64,000 nucleotides of DNA from Octopus sinensis (Eukaryota). Positions 52,475-63,662 of this stretch are shown one piece after another. The stretch spans positions 67,270,001 to 67,334,000 of the forward strand of contig NC_043000.1 of assembly GCF_006345805.1 (NCBI RefSeq). The letters run 5' to 3'. Below the pieces are notes generated by a model. That model saw only the letters and a list, made by a program, of their open reading frames with translations. It searched no databases and was not told the DNA's origin. The translations under genes were made by a program, and so were the position numbers. Each line of letters starts with the position of its first letter. The first letter of the stretch is position 1.

Positions 52475-53977
52475 TATTAGACAATGTAGTCCTAGTTATA
52501 CAAAAAACAAGATGGATCTGGCTTGAATGCCTTTGATCACAGGTCACGTTAATTGAGTTAACAGGGAGAGGAAGCTTAGACAATAACATTATCTCTAAAA
52601 TAAACGAACTATTAGAGCAACTAAAGTAAACTAATAAATTCTATGCTCAAATTCTGAATCCATATTTCAGACAATGGTTATCTGTAGTCTTTAGAAATAT
52701 GAAATAGACAAAAACATACCTAATCATATACATGACATACAAAAACATGAAGAATATGGAAATTTAAAAGACAACCTTTTATGGAATTCATAAATTACAT
52801 TGGCATTTTTAGCATTTGGATGTTTTTTCTTGATTGGTTCCAGATTAGGTATATCTAATATAACCTGTACAAAGCCTGGTCTATGATTTTCATCAGTTAC
52901 TGAAAAGAAGAAAAAAATTATAATTGTCATGAAAATATAAAATAGATAAAAATATAACTACAGGGGTTGTATTGGCAAGTATATCCAACATAATGATTTA
53001 TTTTGACAAACTGAAAAACATCCAGAACATGAAATAGAGTAAATTCATAATGAATATTAGCTCGGGTCCCCTTTATTATTTACATGGCATTCCTCTAAGT
53101 TTCATATTTAGAGGTAATCCTCAGAGAAGGTTGATTAGTGATTGGTGTATCATAGAAATGTATTGGAGCTTTAACCACAAACCATTCTTGTGGCCTGAAG
53201 TAATATATGCAATATATGATAGACATCTGTAAGTATATGTATTATCATCATCATCATCATTATAACTGTGTGATTAGGAAGTTTGTTTTCTGACCACATT
53301 GTTCCAGGTTTGATCCCATCATCATTATCATCATCATCATCATCATCATCATGTCTAAGCCATGGAAATTTCATCTGCATGACTTTAGCATATGCTTGGG
53401 TGAGACAGCAAGCCACCTGTTTTTTCTGGGAGTTGATCTACCAGTCTTGACAGAAATTCTTGTTAGAGAACCACTATAGGGTGTCTGGCTCTAGCGGGGG
53501 TTTCAACTTACTGATCAGATTCTTGGTCTGCTTGAGTTGCTTTTCCTGCATAGCCTTGGACATAAATTGTTCCATCCTCGTTTTGTACAAGTAGTAATGA
53601 ATGTCCTCATGCACCAGCAGCCTGGTGAGCTTTTCCTCTAAACCTCTCATGCAATGGCATACACTGACTTGCTGGGAACACTTTTGATGGTCTCCTGGAT
53701 GAATTCCAGCATTCTGATAGTGAATCTTCCAGCTCCTTTCTGTCCTTTTGAACCATCCTTCTGCTAACTTTGAGGAAGTCTAAAGTCTCCTTGTTTGTCC
53801 TTCCAGCTCAGATTCCAAGAAGGACGAAAACTATGTGGACATTCCAGACATTGATTGAAGAAGTAATTGGCTGCGAATGATCTCTGTATCTTGTTTTGTC
53901 CTGTTTGCTGCTGTTGTGCTATCGTCCTTTTCCTGCTTGTTATGTTTTTTACCTTTGATTTATATATATATATATAT

Positions 53978-54360
53978 ACTAGCAGTATCGCCCGGCATTG
54001 CTCGGGTTTGTAAGGGAAATAACTATATAAGCATTTTTAGAGATGTAAAGTATAATAGCCATCTCAATATGGCTAACCACAAAAAGGGGGGGGTGTTACT
54101 ATAGCTTTTTACGTTCTGAGATTTAATAATAAATTTTTAGAGAGTTACTTCCCTTATATATGCCAAAAATGCATTAAAAATGGGAAAAATTGATGGTAAT
54201 TTCTTTTTAAAATCGTAGACTCATCGTAGACGCGTGCTAATACTCAGAAGGGCTCGATATGAATCACGACTATAAGATACCCGGTTTTGGTTAAACTGCA
54301 CCGCAAAATGTGGGAGTAGTTAGGAATCTAAATCGTAGGAGACAGACAGCACACAACCTC
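53978..54360 (+). mobile_element. Non-autonomous Helitron/Helentron-associated (DINE-1/HINE-like) element, 3' end lost
   Basis: Follows (TA)n, starts ACTAGC with the 5' hairpin CCCG-GCATTGCT-CGGG, and has GACAGACAG near its 3' end. This architecture is typical of DINE-1/Lep1-like elements. Confidence 0.55.
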
Positions 54361-55154
54361 GGGACGAGGTGGTGAAGCACGACCTTTGAACATTAGGTCT
54401 CACCATAGAAATGACTGGAGACCGAGACCTATGGAAGTATGCTGTGCGTGAGAAGACCCGGCAAGACTAGTGAAGCCATAACCCGTGGCCGCTACCTGGG
54501 ATGTAGTCAGTCCACCTGTGCATACCTTCCTTCTTGTGACACTTGTGAAGACCTGTTGAGGCAAGTGAAAATCAAATCAAATCAAACCAAATCAAAATAG
54601 ATGAACATCAATGGAATTTGTATCCTTGTGGTACCAGTGCCGGTGGCACATAAGAAAACCATCTGAACGTGGCCGTAGCCAGTACCGCATCGAATGGCCT
54701 CCGTGCTGTGGGCACGTAACAAACACCATCCGATCGTGGCCGTTCGCCAGCCTCGTCTGGCACCTGTGTCGGTGGCACATAAAAAACACCATCCGAGCAT
54801 GGCTGTCTGCCAGCCTCGTCTGGCACCTGTGTCAGTGGCACATAAAAACACCATCCGAGCGTGGCCGTCTGCCAGCCTTGTCTGGCACCTGTGTCGGTGG
54901 CACATAAAAAACACCATCCGAGCGTGGCCGTCTGCCAGCCTCGTCTGGCACCTGTGTCGGTGGCACATAAAATCACCCACTACACTCTCGGAGTGGTTGG
55001 CGTTAGGAAGGGCATCCAGCTGTAGAAACACTGCCAGATCTGACTGGCCTGGTGCAGCCTTCGGGCTTGCCAGACCCCAGTTGAACCGTCCAACCCATGC
55101 TAGCATGGAAAGCGGACATTAAACGATGATGATGATGATGATGATGATGATGAT
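54361..55154 (+). mobile_element. RTE LINE 3' fragment with an expanded 62-63-bp 3' UTR tandem array
   Basis: End of ORF (WDEVVKHDL-type), then 5 hairpin modules at 54645-54961, the conserved tail, and (GAT)n. Confidence 0.9.
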
Positions 55155-55164
55155 ATCCCCATAC

Positions 55165-55700
55165 AGGCATGGCTGCGTAGTAAGAAGTTTGCTTCCCAAC
55201 AACATCTTAGTTCCAGGTTCAATCCCACTGCACAGCACCTGGGCCAATCAAAGCCTTGTGAGTGGATTTGGTAGATGGAAATTCAAAGACTCCCATCAAG
55301 TATATGTGTGTGTAAGGTGTGGCTGTGTGGTAAGAAGCTTGCTTCCCAACCGCATGGTTCCAGATTCAGTCTCATTGTGTGGAACTTTGGGCAAGTGTCT
55401 CCTATAGTCTTCGGCCGACCAAAGCCTTGTGAGTGAATTTGGTAGACAGACATATATATATTTATGTGTGTGTATCTTTGTGTCTGTACTTGTCTCCACT
55501 GCTCCCCACCATCGCTTGACGACCAATGTTGGAGCATTTTCATCTTCGTAACTTAGTGGTTTGGCAAAAGGGACCAACAGAGTAAGTACTAGGCTCACAA
55601 AGAATAAGTCCTGGGGTCAATTTATTAGACTAAAACTTTTTAAGGCGATGCTCCAGCATGGCTGCAGTCAAATGACTGAAACATGTCAAAGACTAGAAGA
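55165..55700 (+). mobile_element. SINE family A head fragment (55165-55312) followed by a full copy (55315-55700)
   Basis: Two successive AGG..TGGCTG.GT.GTAAGAAG.TTGCTTCCCAAC heads; the second continues to the family tail. Confidence 0.85.
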
Positions 55701-55911
55701 AAAGAATGTGTGCATGCACACGTATGTGTATATATATATATATATGTATGTTTATATACATAACTATCAAACAGTGAGAATGAGTGCTCAGTGCTGCATT
55801 ACTGGATAAAGATTCTTTATTTGTACATTAAGGCTATCATTGGTAGCCTATGGTATTGGTTTTGGTGATGATAATGTCTGTGACATGATGGTGAGTATTA
55901 TTGGCCATTAG

Positions 55912-56131
55912 CCCTTTAGTATATTCAACTAGCCATATCAGGTTTGAAGATTCTACCTGTTTTATGATCAAACTGACCAGACCCAACCTCTCATACCTAC
56001 CTTACAATGTCATTCTAAAAATAAACAATCATGTCACCGAAACCTCAAAGTATGAGATAATGTCTGATTAATTCGAAGCCATGTGAATAAGTAAGCATCA
56101 CATCTCACAGAGCAATCTGAATGCAAAAGGG
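55912..56131. mobile_element. piggyBac-like MITE
   Basis: Ends CCCTTTAG... / ...GCAAAAGGG with a degraded TTAA context. Colinear with 30575-30790. Confidence 0.55.
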
Positions 56132-56239
56132 TGGCAGTGGTGGGGATGTTGTCCACATTGGTTGTTGTATTTGTTTTTGTTGATGATGGTTGTTGTATTA
56201 GCACTGATAATTTTGGTGGTTGTAAAATTTGGTTTAGAC

Positions 56240-56610
56240 CAGTTGTCCTCATGTGGCATCCTCATGACTCCCTGTGGCCCACATAGGACTTCTGGGGGTT
56301 CATGTAAGCATAGTAGTAAATTGGGAATCCACAATGGTATTTGAAGGGTTTGCTTTAGATATATTTGTTGCAAGAAACAGCCAGGTTTCTTTCTCTAATG
56401 TTTTACATAGTTTAACATGTTTCTGGCCACAGAAACATGTTCTCTCAAAGAGTGCTATGGCAAACTTATACGAGTGAAGATGTGAAAATGGAAATTTTGA
56501 AAGAAGTATCTATAAAACTTGTTTCTAAACACTGAATGGCTATGGAGGTCCACAAAAATAAAATAGTATTTACAGGGGTCTATAGATTAAAAAAACAAAA
56601 AGAAACACTG
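56240..56610. mobile_element. Buster-type hAT MITE, older copy of the 52154 family
   Basis: Internal colinearity (TAGTAAATTGG, GCTTTAGAT, GTATCTATAAA, TGAATGGCTATGG). Ends CAGTTGTCCTC / AAACACTG; flanks GTTTAGAC / ATTTAGAT. Confidence 0.7.
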
Positions 56611-56865
56611 ATTTAGATAGTGAGTGAATGTGTTAGGTAGGTCAATAGATAGAAAGATAGGTAGATACTTATTGTGTCTGAAGAAAATTTACATAAACAA
56701 ACACAAATGTTCACATTGAAAGATTGCATCTCACACTATATTAGTACCTATAGTAACACAAACACTTGCAAACACACATAGGTATCTATTTATTGAAATT
56801 ATAGTTTTCCAAATTACTAACTACTTTAATCCTATCTAAAACACTGAGGAGTGATCTTTTATTCT

Positions 56866-57097
56866 TTTATCTGCACCAAATCAACCCCAGGTAGTTGGTC
56901 TCTTTTGTTAAGTCATGGGAATGTAAACACATCAACACTGGTTGTCAAGCAGTGCTGGGGTAACAAATACATAGTTCATATAAGTTCTATACCTTTTATA
57001 CAACACCACCCATCTGAGGTCGATTCATTCAACTAAAATCCTTCAAAGCAGTGCCTCAGCATAGCTGCAGTCCAACGACTAAAACAAGTAAAAGGAT
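56866..57097 (+). mobile_element. Degenerate SINE family A 3' half
   Basis: CACTGGTTGTCAAGC...GTCGATTCATTCAACTAA...GCAGTCCAACGACTAAAACAAGTAAAAG. Confidence 0.6.
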
Positions 57098-57122
57098 AAA
57101 TATATATATATATATATATATG

Positions 57123-58363
57123 TAGTTGATAGCTTCCGTTACCTAGGTGACCAAGTCAGTAGTGGGGGTGGGTGCGCTAAAAGTGTAGCTGCTAGAATAA
57201 GAATAGCCTAGGCAAAGTTCAGAGAGGTCTTACCTCTGCTGGTGACAAAGGGCCTCTCACTCAGAGTAAAAGGTAGACTGTATGATGCATGTGTATGAAC
57301 AGCCATGCTACATGGTAGTGAAACATGGGCTGTGACTGCTGAGGACATGCATAAGCTCGCAAGGAATGAAGCCAGTATGCTCCGATGGATGTGTAATGTC
57401 AGTGTGCATACTCGACAAAGTGTAAGTACCTTGAGAGAAAAGCTGGACCTAAGAAGCATCAGCTGTGGTGTGCAAGAGAGACGACTGTGCTGGTATGGTC
57501 ATGTGTTGAGAATGGATGAGGATAGCTGTGTGAAAAATTGCCACACCATAGCAATTGAGGGAACCTATGGAAGAGGTAGACCCAGGAAGACCTGGGATGA
57601 AGTGGTGAAGCACGACCTTCGAACTTTAGGCCTCACCAAGGAAATGACTAGTGACCGAGACTCTTGGAAATATGCTGTGCTTGAGAGGACCCAACAAGCC
57701 AAATGAGACCATAACCTCGTGGCCTATGCCAGGGGCATAACCAGCCCGTTTATGCGTACCTTTTCCTTCTTTGGACACTAAACTTTGGACACTAAACTCT
57801 GCTTGAGGCAAGTGAAATCAAACTCAAATTCGATGACTGGCATCTGTGCTAGCAGGGTGCAAAGAGCACAATACAAGTGTGATCGTTGACAGAGCGGCTA
57901 ACCGGCTTCCATGCCAGTGACACATAAAAGGCATCATTCGAGTGCGATCATTACCAGCGTTACCTTACTGGCACTTGTGCCCGTGCTAGTAGGGTGCTAA
58001 GAGCACCATCCAAGCATGATCATTGCCAGAGCGGCTAACTGGCTTCCGTGCCGGTGGGACGTAAAAGGCACCATTTAAGCGTGATCGTTACCAGCATCAC
58101 CTTACTGGCACCTGTGCCCGTGACATGTGTAAAAAGATTTGAGCGAGCTAGTTGCCAGAACCATTTGACTGGCCCCATGCCGGTGGCACATAAAAGCACC
58201 CACTACACTCTCGGAGTGGTTGGCATTAGGAAGGGCATCCAGCTGTAGAAACTCCACCAGATCAAGATTGGAGCCTGGTGCAGCCATCTGGTTTGCCAGC
58301 CCTCAGTCAAAATTGTCCAACCCATGCTAGCATGGAAAGCGGACGTTAAATGATGATGATGAT
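57123..58363 (+). mobile_element. 5'-truncated RTE LINE flanked by (TA)n on both sides
   Basis: ORF 57305-57706 LHGSETW..RWMCNV..QERRLCWYGHV..GRGRPRKTW is the RTE C-terminal region. Modular 3' UTR and (GAT)n tail; (TA)n at 57100-57121 and 58363-58382. Confidence 0.92.
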
Positions 58364-58387
58364 ATATATATATATATATATACATAT

Positions 58388-58620
58388 CATCATCATCATC
58401 ATCATCTTCATTGTCGTTTAACGTCCGCTTTCCATTGTGGCATGGGTTGGACAGCTTGACATGGAACTGGCTAGCAGAGAGCTGTCCAGACTCCAACTAT
58501 TTATTGTGACATGATTTCTGCAGTTGGATGCCCTTCCTAGTGCCAACCACTGAACAGTGTGTAGTGGGTGCTTCTTATGTGCCACCAGGACTGGTGTGTT
58601 TACACAGCACCAGTATGGGC
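58388..58620 (-). mobile_element. RTE 3' tail fragment, tail-to-tail with the preceding copy
   Basis: (CAT)n, then TTTAACGTCCGCTTTCC...GGATGCCCTTCCTAGTGCCAACCAC. Confidence 0.8.
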
Positions 58621-58722
58621 GCATTAACACAGGGTTTTCTATTTTTGATAGCTCTGTTCTTCTGCAACAGCTTCTGTATATCATTTTTGAAATTTGCTTA
58701 AATTTTATCTCTTTTCAGGTGT

Positions 58723-59208
58723 ATGATGATAAAGGGTCAAGTAGAAAAAGATGAGCATTTTTGACATCTGCTTCTCTTTGTTTTTCTTACAGGGTTCCAA
58801 AACTGCCAAAGCCACTTGACATGGAGAAGATACTATAATTGAAAGAACCACACAGATATGGTTTTCACACTTCAAGGGGAAATTTGACCTCAAAGACACT
58901 CCAACTTCCAACCAGCTTATGCATTTCAATCAGTATCATTTGAATGGGCTCATCCATGAACATCCATGCCAATCCACTAGAAAATGGTTCTCATGATACC
59001 ACTAACTGTCACTTTCACTAAATGGATAAGCTTCACAAATTTGGAGCATGGAGGCCACATACTCTGAATGAAAGAGACAAAGGCTAACACACCTCTATCA
59101 TTACAATTTGCACCAGGCTGCTTGTAGATACAGTGATTTTTTTACTGCATCATCACCAGTGATGAAAAGTGGTATCTTTACAGTAATATGAATCAGAAGA
59201 AAGAATGG
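58723..59208 (+). pseudogene. Mariner transposase N-terminal remnant
   Basis: MIKGQVEKDEHF.HLLLF, GEDTIIERTTQIWF, FDLKD, HPCQST, FGAWRPHTL (WVPHEL motif) and IITSDEKW. Stops and frameshifts; ends at (TA)n(GA)n. Confidence 0.85.
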
Positions 59209-59209
59209 T

Positions 59210-59280
<71 letters not shown>

Positions 59281-59322
59281 AAAGTCGTCAGAGTTTTGGG
59301 AAAAAATCTTTTTATTTCTTCA

Positions 59323-59924
59323 TTATTATTAGCACTTTCGTTTGTTTCTTGAACTTGTGGAATAAAATTTTGTGAATGTACAAACACCTTGTTCATTTAT
59401 ATAAAACATTTTTGGGGGGGTTTTGTTTAGAAGAAAAGAACGTTGTTTTTCTGGGGTGAGGTTCCATTGATAATAGAGAGGGATAGATAGAAATGTAGGT
59501 AGGTAGATAGGTTGACTGATTCATTGATTGATAGATAGATAGATAATAGATAGACAGACTGACATACAGACAGACAGATAGCTAGGTAGAGAGAGTTTTT
59601 TTCAAGAGGTCACCATCCTTAAACCCATTCCAATACAATGGTAAATGAGTAAATAAATAAATGAATGGTGAATAGGAAGGGGGATCCCCCTTCTCTCTCT
59701 CTCTCTCTCTCTCTCTCTACCTATCTATCTATCTGTCTACCTACCTACCTACCTACCTCTCTCCCTCCCTCCATTGTCAATGGAACCTCACCCCAAAAAA
59801 CAACATTCTCTTCATCTAAACAAAACCTCCCAAAAAGAATGTTTTATATAAATGAACAAGCTGTTTGTACATTCACAAAATTTTATTTGACAAGTTCGAG
59901 AAACAAACAAAAGCACTAATAATA
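59323..59924. mobile_element. Foldback/MITE with microsatellites built into both arms
   Basis: 59323-59480 is the reverse complement of 59770-59924. Inward, GATA/GACA/GA tracts on the left mirror CT/CTAT/CCTA tracts on the right, around a ~100-bp core. Confidence 0.8.
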
Positions 59925-60891
59925 CTGACAGAGTGTAAGTACCTTGAGAGAAAAGTTGCATCTAAGAAGCATCAGTTGTGGTGTGCAAGAGAGACGATTG
60001 CGCTGGTATGGTCATGTAGCGAGAATGGATGAAGATGGGTGTGTGAAAAAGTGCCACACCCTAGCGGTTAAGGGAACCTGTGGAAGAGGTGGACCCAGGA
60101 AGCACGACCTTTGAACATTAGGCTTCACCGAGGCAATGACTAGTGACCGAGACCTTTGGAAATATGCTGTGCGTGAGAAGACCTGGCAGGACAAGTAAGA
60201 CCATAAGCCGTGGCCTTTACCAGGGATATAGCCAGCCCACTTATGTATACCTTTCTTTCTTTGGACACAAAACTCTGCTTGCGAAGACCTGTTGAGGCAA
60301 GTGAAATTGAAATTGAATTCGAAATCGAACCAAATCTGACGACTGGCACCCATGCCAACTTCCCTTCATTGGACACTAAACTCTGCTTGCGAAGACCTGT
60401 TAGGGCAAGTGAAATTGAAACTGAACCAAATTCGATAACCGGCACCCGTGCCAGTGGAGCGCTAACAGCTCCATCTGAGCGACATCACTGCCAGAGCAGC
60501 TGTCTGGCTTCCATGCCAGTGGGCACATAAAAAGCACCATTTGAGCATGATCGTTACTTGTGTCACCTTACTGGTGCATAAACAAAACATTCAAGCGAGG
60601 TCATTGCCAGTGCCGCTGGACTGACTCCTGTGCAGGTGGCAAGTAAAGAAACACCATTTTGAGCGTGGCCATAGCCAGTACCACCAGACTAGCCCTCGTG
60701 CAGGTGGCACATAAAAGCACCCACTGCACTCTTGGAGTGGTTGGTGTTAGGAAGGGCATCCAGCTGTGGAAGCTCTGCCAGATCAGATTGGATCCTGGTG
60801 CAGCCATCTGGTTCGCCAGTCTTCACTCAAATCATCCAACCCAAGTAAGCATGGAAAGCGGATGTTAAAGGATGATGATGATGATGATGAT
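59925..60891 (+). mobile_element. RTE 3' fragment with a ~110-bp tandem duplication in the 3' UTR
   Basis: TTGGACAC(A/T)AAACTCTGCTTGCGAAGACCTGTT occurs at ~60260 and ~60369. (GAT)n tail at 60871-60891. Confidence 0.88.
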
Positions 60892-60909
60892 ATATATATA
60901 TACACACAC

Positions 60910-61296
60910 TGTGCTTAAGGAGACCTATTGAGTCAAGTACATCACCATCAAAAAATCAAATGGAAATTGTAGTTGTGATACCTGTGCCGGTGGCACGTAA
61001 AAAGCACCATCCGAACATGGCTGATGCCAGCGCTGCCTTGACTGGCTTCCGTGCATAAAAAGCACCAACCGATCGTGGCCGTTGCCAGCCACACCTGGCA
61101 CCTGTGCCGGTGGCATGTAAAAAGCACCCACTACACTTATGGAGTGGTTGGCGTTAGGAAGGGCATCCAGCTGTAGAAACACTGCTAGATCAGACTGCAG
61201 CCTGGTGCAGCCTCTTGGCTTCCCAGACCCTGGTCAGACCGTCCAACCCATGCTAGCATGGAAAACGGACGTTAAACGATGATGATGATGATGATG
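60910..61296 (+). mobile_element. RTE 3' UTR fragment (variant subfamily)
   Basis: GTGCCGGTGGCAC modules, conserved tail and (GAT)n. Confidence 0.8.
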
Positions 61297-62084
61297 GATC
61301 ACTCTGAGACCAGTAGAGAAGATAGTTGTTTGTGGTAGCATGCAGTACAATCAAACCTAGTTCCATGTTCATGCTAAGTGAACTTCTTAACTATATAGCA
61401 AACCAAGCATTTAATGTAACTGTTAGCTTTTTGTTGTACAACTGCCATTTTGCATTACACCTTGACACAAAACACCTTATGGCTTGTACAAAAATGTTGA
61501 AAAATTGTTTCAGATCATGCTTTTTTAAGCATAATTTCAGGGGCCATGAAAAATAGATACTATCATGTTCTGTTTTTTTAAAATGGTAGGGTGTGATCTG
61601 ATAGAGAAATGGCAGCTATATTTTGTAGCTGTAACTCCATTTCAACCTTGATCATAGGTAACAGTGTATCTAGGATTACTTTATCTAATGTACTGTTTTA
61701 AAAATAGGAAAGTGTGATTTGCAAGAGAGATGGCTGTTATTTCTAGAATTTGGAGCAACTACAATGAGGTTTCCTCATTCATTTGTGAAAAGGCTTAAGC
61801 TGTAACTGCTTAATCCAGGATGGTTTGAACAAAGAAATTTTAACCGTGACAATCCTGTCTCTTTTAATAATATCTAGAACTACATTATCAAATATATTCT
61901 TTCATTGAATGTGATTCCAGGGAAATCTGGCTGTTGTGATCACTCGAAAAATCTTTCATTGGCTCAAACAGCTTAAGTTCATTATGCATGGTAAAAAGTT
62001 TTTCTTATTTTGAAGAAAAAAATGAAATTCTTGGAAAAACTCAGTCAGCAAACCATTTTTCACTTACATGTGTAGAAGATTCCA

Positions 62085-63662
62085 AAGCATTCCTACACAT
62101 GTATGTCCCCTGCCTCAAACCAACTTTGTTGCCTCATAACTTCCAGAAAATGGATAATTTTAAATGAAATTTTCTACAAATATACTCCAGATGGTGTAGA
62201 TTCTGAATACTGAAAAATTTCTGAAAACTTTACACAAGATGGCTTTCTTTACTCGTAACTTTTAGAAATATGGGCAATTTTTAAATGAAATTTTCTAATT
62301 TTCAGAATGTGTAGATTACCATTATATCGGAATTAAATTTGAAAAAAAAAAAAAAATACTGACACATGTCACATATATCTACAAAATGAAACTTGAAATT
62401 TTGGTTAAAAGTAAAGATGTAGTTGTGATTAAAAGAAAATTTTATGATTACAGATGGGCTGAGGATAATAACATGCAGTTTAATGCTGAAAAATTCCAGG
62501 CTCTGTGCTACCAGCATCCAAAACTGAATATTAAATCTACAGGGTACACCGGTCCACAGGGAATTTCAATCCCAGAGCCTAAGTCAGTGAGGGACCTGGG
62601 TATCGACATGATGTGGTGAGGAGTTTTGAAAACTTTACACAAGCCGACTTTCTTTTCTCATAACTTTCAGGAATATGGGCAATTTTTAAATAAAATTTTC
62701 TAATTTTCTGAATGTGTACATTACCATTATATCGGAATTAAATTTGAAAAAAAAAAAAAAATGGTGGGCTCATACACATACATACTGACACACGTCACAT
62801 ATATCTACAAAATGAAACTTGAAATTTTGAACAAAAAAATAAAATGCCATGTGTCAGTATGTGTGTGTACGTGCTCACTATTTTTCTTTAACACATCAAA
62901 TTCCGGCAATGTTTCGTTGATGGTCTAAATCTTCGGCAATTTCCGTCGTAAAGAATTTTTATTTATTTACCTTTATTTTCATGTCCTGTTAAAGGCAACA
63001 TTTGCTTAGAAGTCGTGTGGGGTGGAGTGAAGAGTGAAATACGCACTAGCGCGCACGCACACACACACATTGACTTTCATGTCAATGATGTGAGTGTGTG
63101 AGTAAATACAAATATATAAAGCTGAACACGCTCGCACGCACACGCAAACACACACACACATTATCTTCTACATACATACATACGTACGTACGTACATACG
63201 TGCATACATACATACATACATTGTGCAAGAGTGTATGTGTATGTGGTAGCGCGTGTCACCTTTCGCCTCCCTCACCGACTTCAACAGGATATAAAAGTGA
63301 AACTAAATTCTTTACGGAAATTGCCGAACAATCAACTGGAAAAAATGACAAGATTAAGACCATAAAGCATCACCCAAATTACGATATAATCGTAATTTAC
63401 ACACCCCGAAAAGTATTTGTAGAAAATTTCATTAAAGAATCCATTTTTCTGAAAGTTATGAGGAAACAAAGCCAACTTGCGTGAATTTTCCAAATCTTCT
63501 CTTCCCACCCCCAGAAAATCTTCTCACGACAAATTCCGATATAATCGGAATCTACACCATCTGAAGCGTATTTGTTGAAAATTTCATTACGAAATATCCA
63601 TTTTTCTGGAAGTTATGAGGAAACAAAATCGGGGGGGGGGCGCTACACACGTATGTAGGAAT
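62085..63662. mobile_element. Large modular foldback DNA element
   Basis: 62085-62200 is inverted relative to 63530-63662, and 62920-62960 to 63305-63363. A ~110-bp module (CTCATAACTT..GGA..ATTT..AATGAAATTTTCTA..TGTAGATT..ATTATATCGGAATT) occurs 3 times on the left and 2 times on the right. Ends are not resolved. Confidence 0.65.
62430..62615 (+). pseudogene. CR1/L2-type RT fragment
   Basis: WAEDNNMQFNAEKFQAL...SVRDLGI matches the CR1 RT thumb-region pattern. Confidence 0.7.

Noticed and set aside
53400-53950. GC-richer stretch as a coding exon
   Set aside because: Minus-strand frames contain several stops and no clear motif. It is probably an old LINE fragment but cannot be supported.
54582-55122. 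Several overlapping repeat-rich ORFs (for example 174 aa on the minus strand) as a novel repeat protein, or a CRISPR-like locus
   Set aside because: They arise from the 62-63-bp tandem modules in the RTE 3' UTR. They are open in several frames and antisense to the element, with no spacer/repeat separation.
58690-58800. Two strong plus-strand splice acceptors (CTCTTTTCAG|GTG and TTTCTTACAG|GGT) as host exons
   Set aside because: The downstream sequence translates as a decayed mariner transposase N-terminus with stops.
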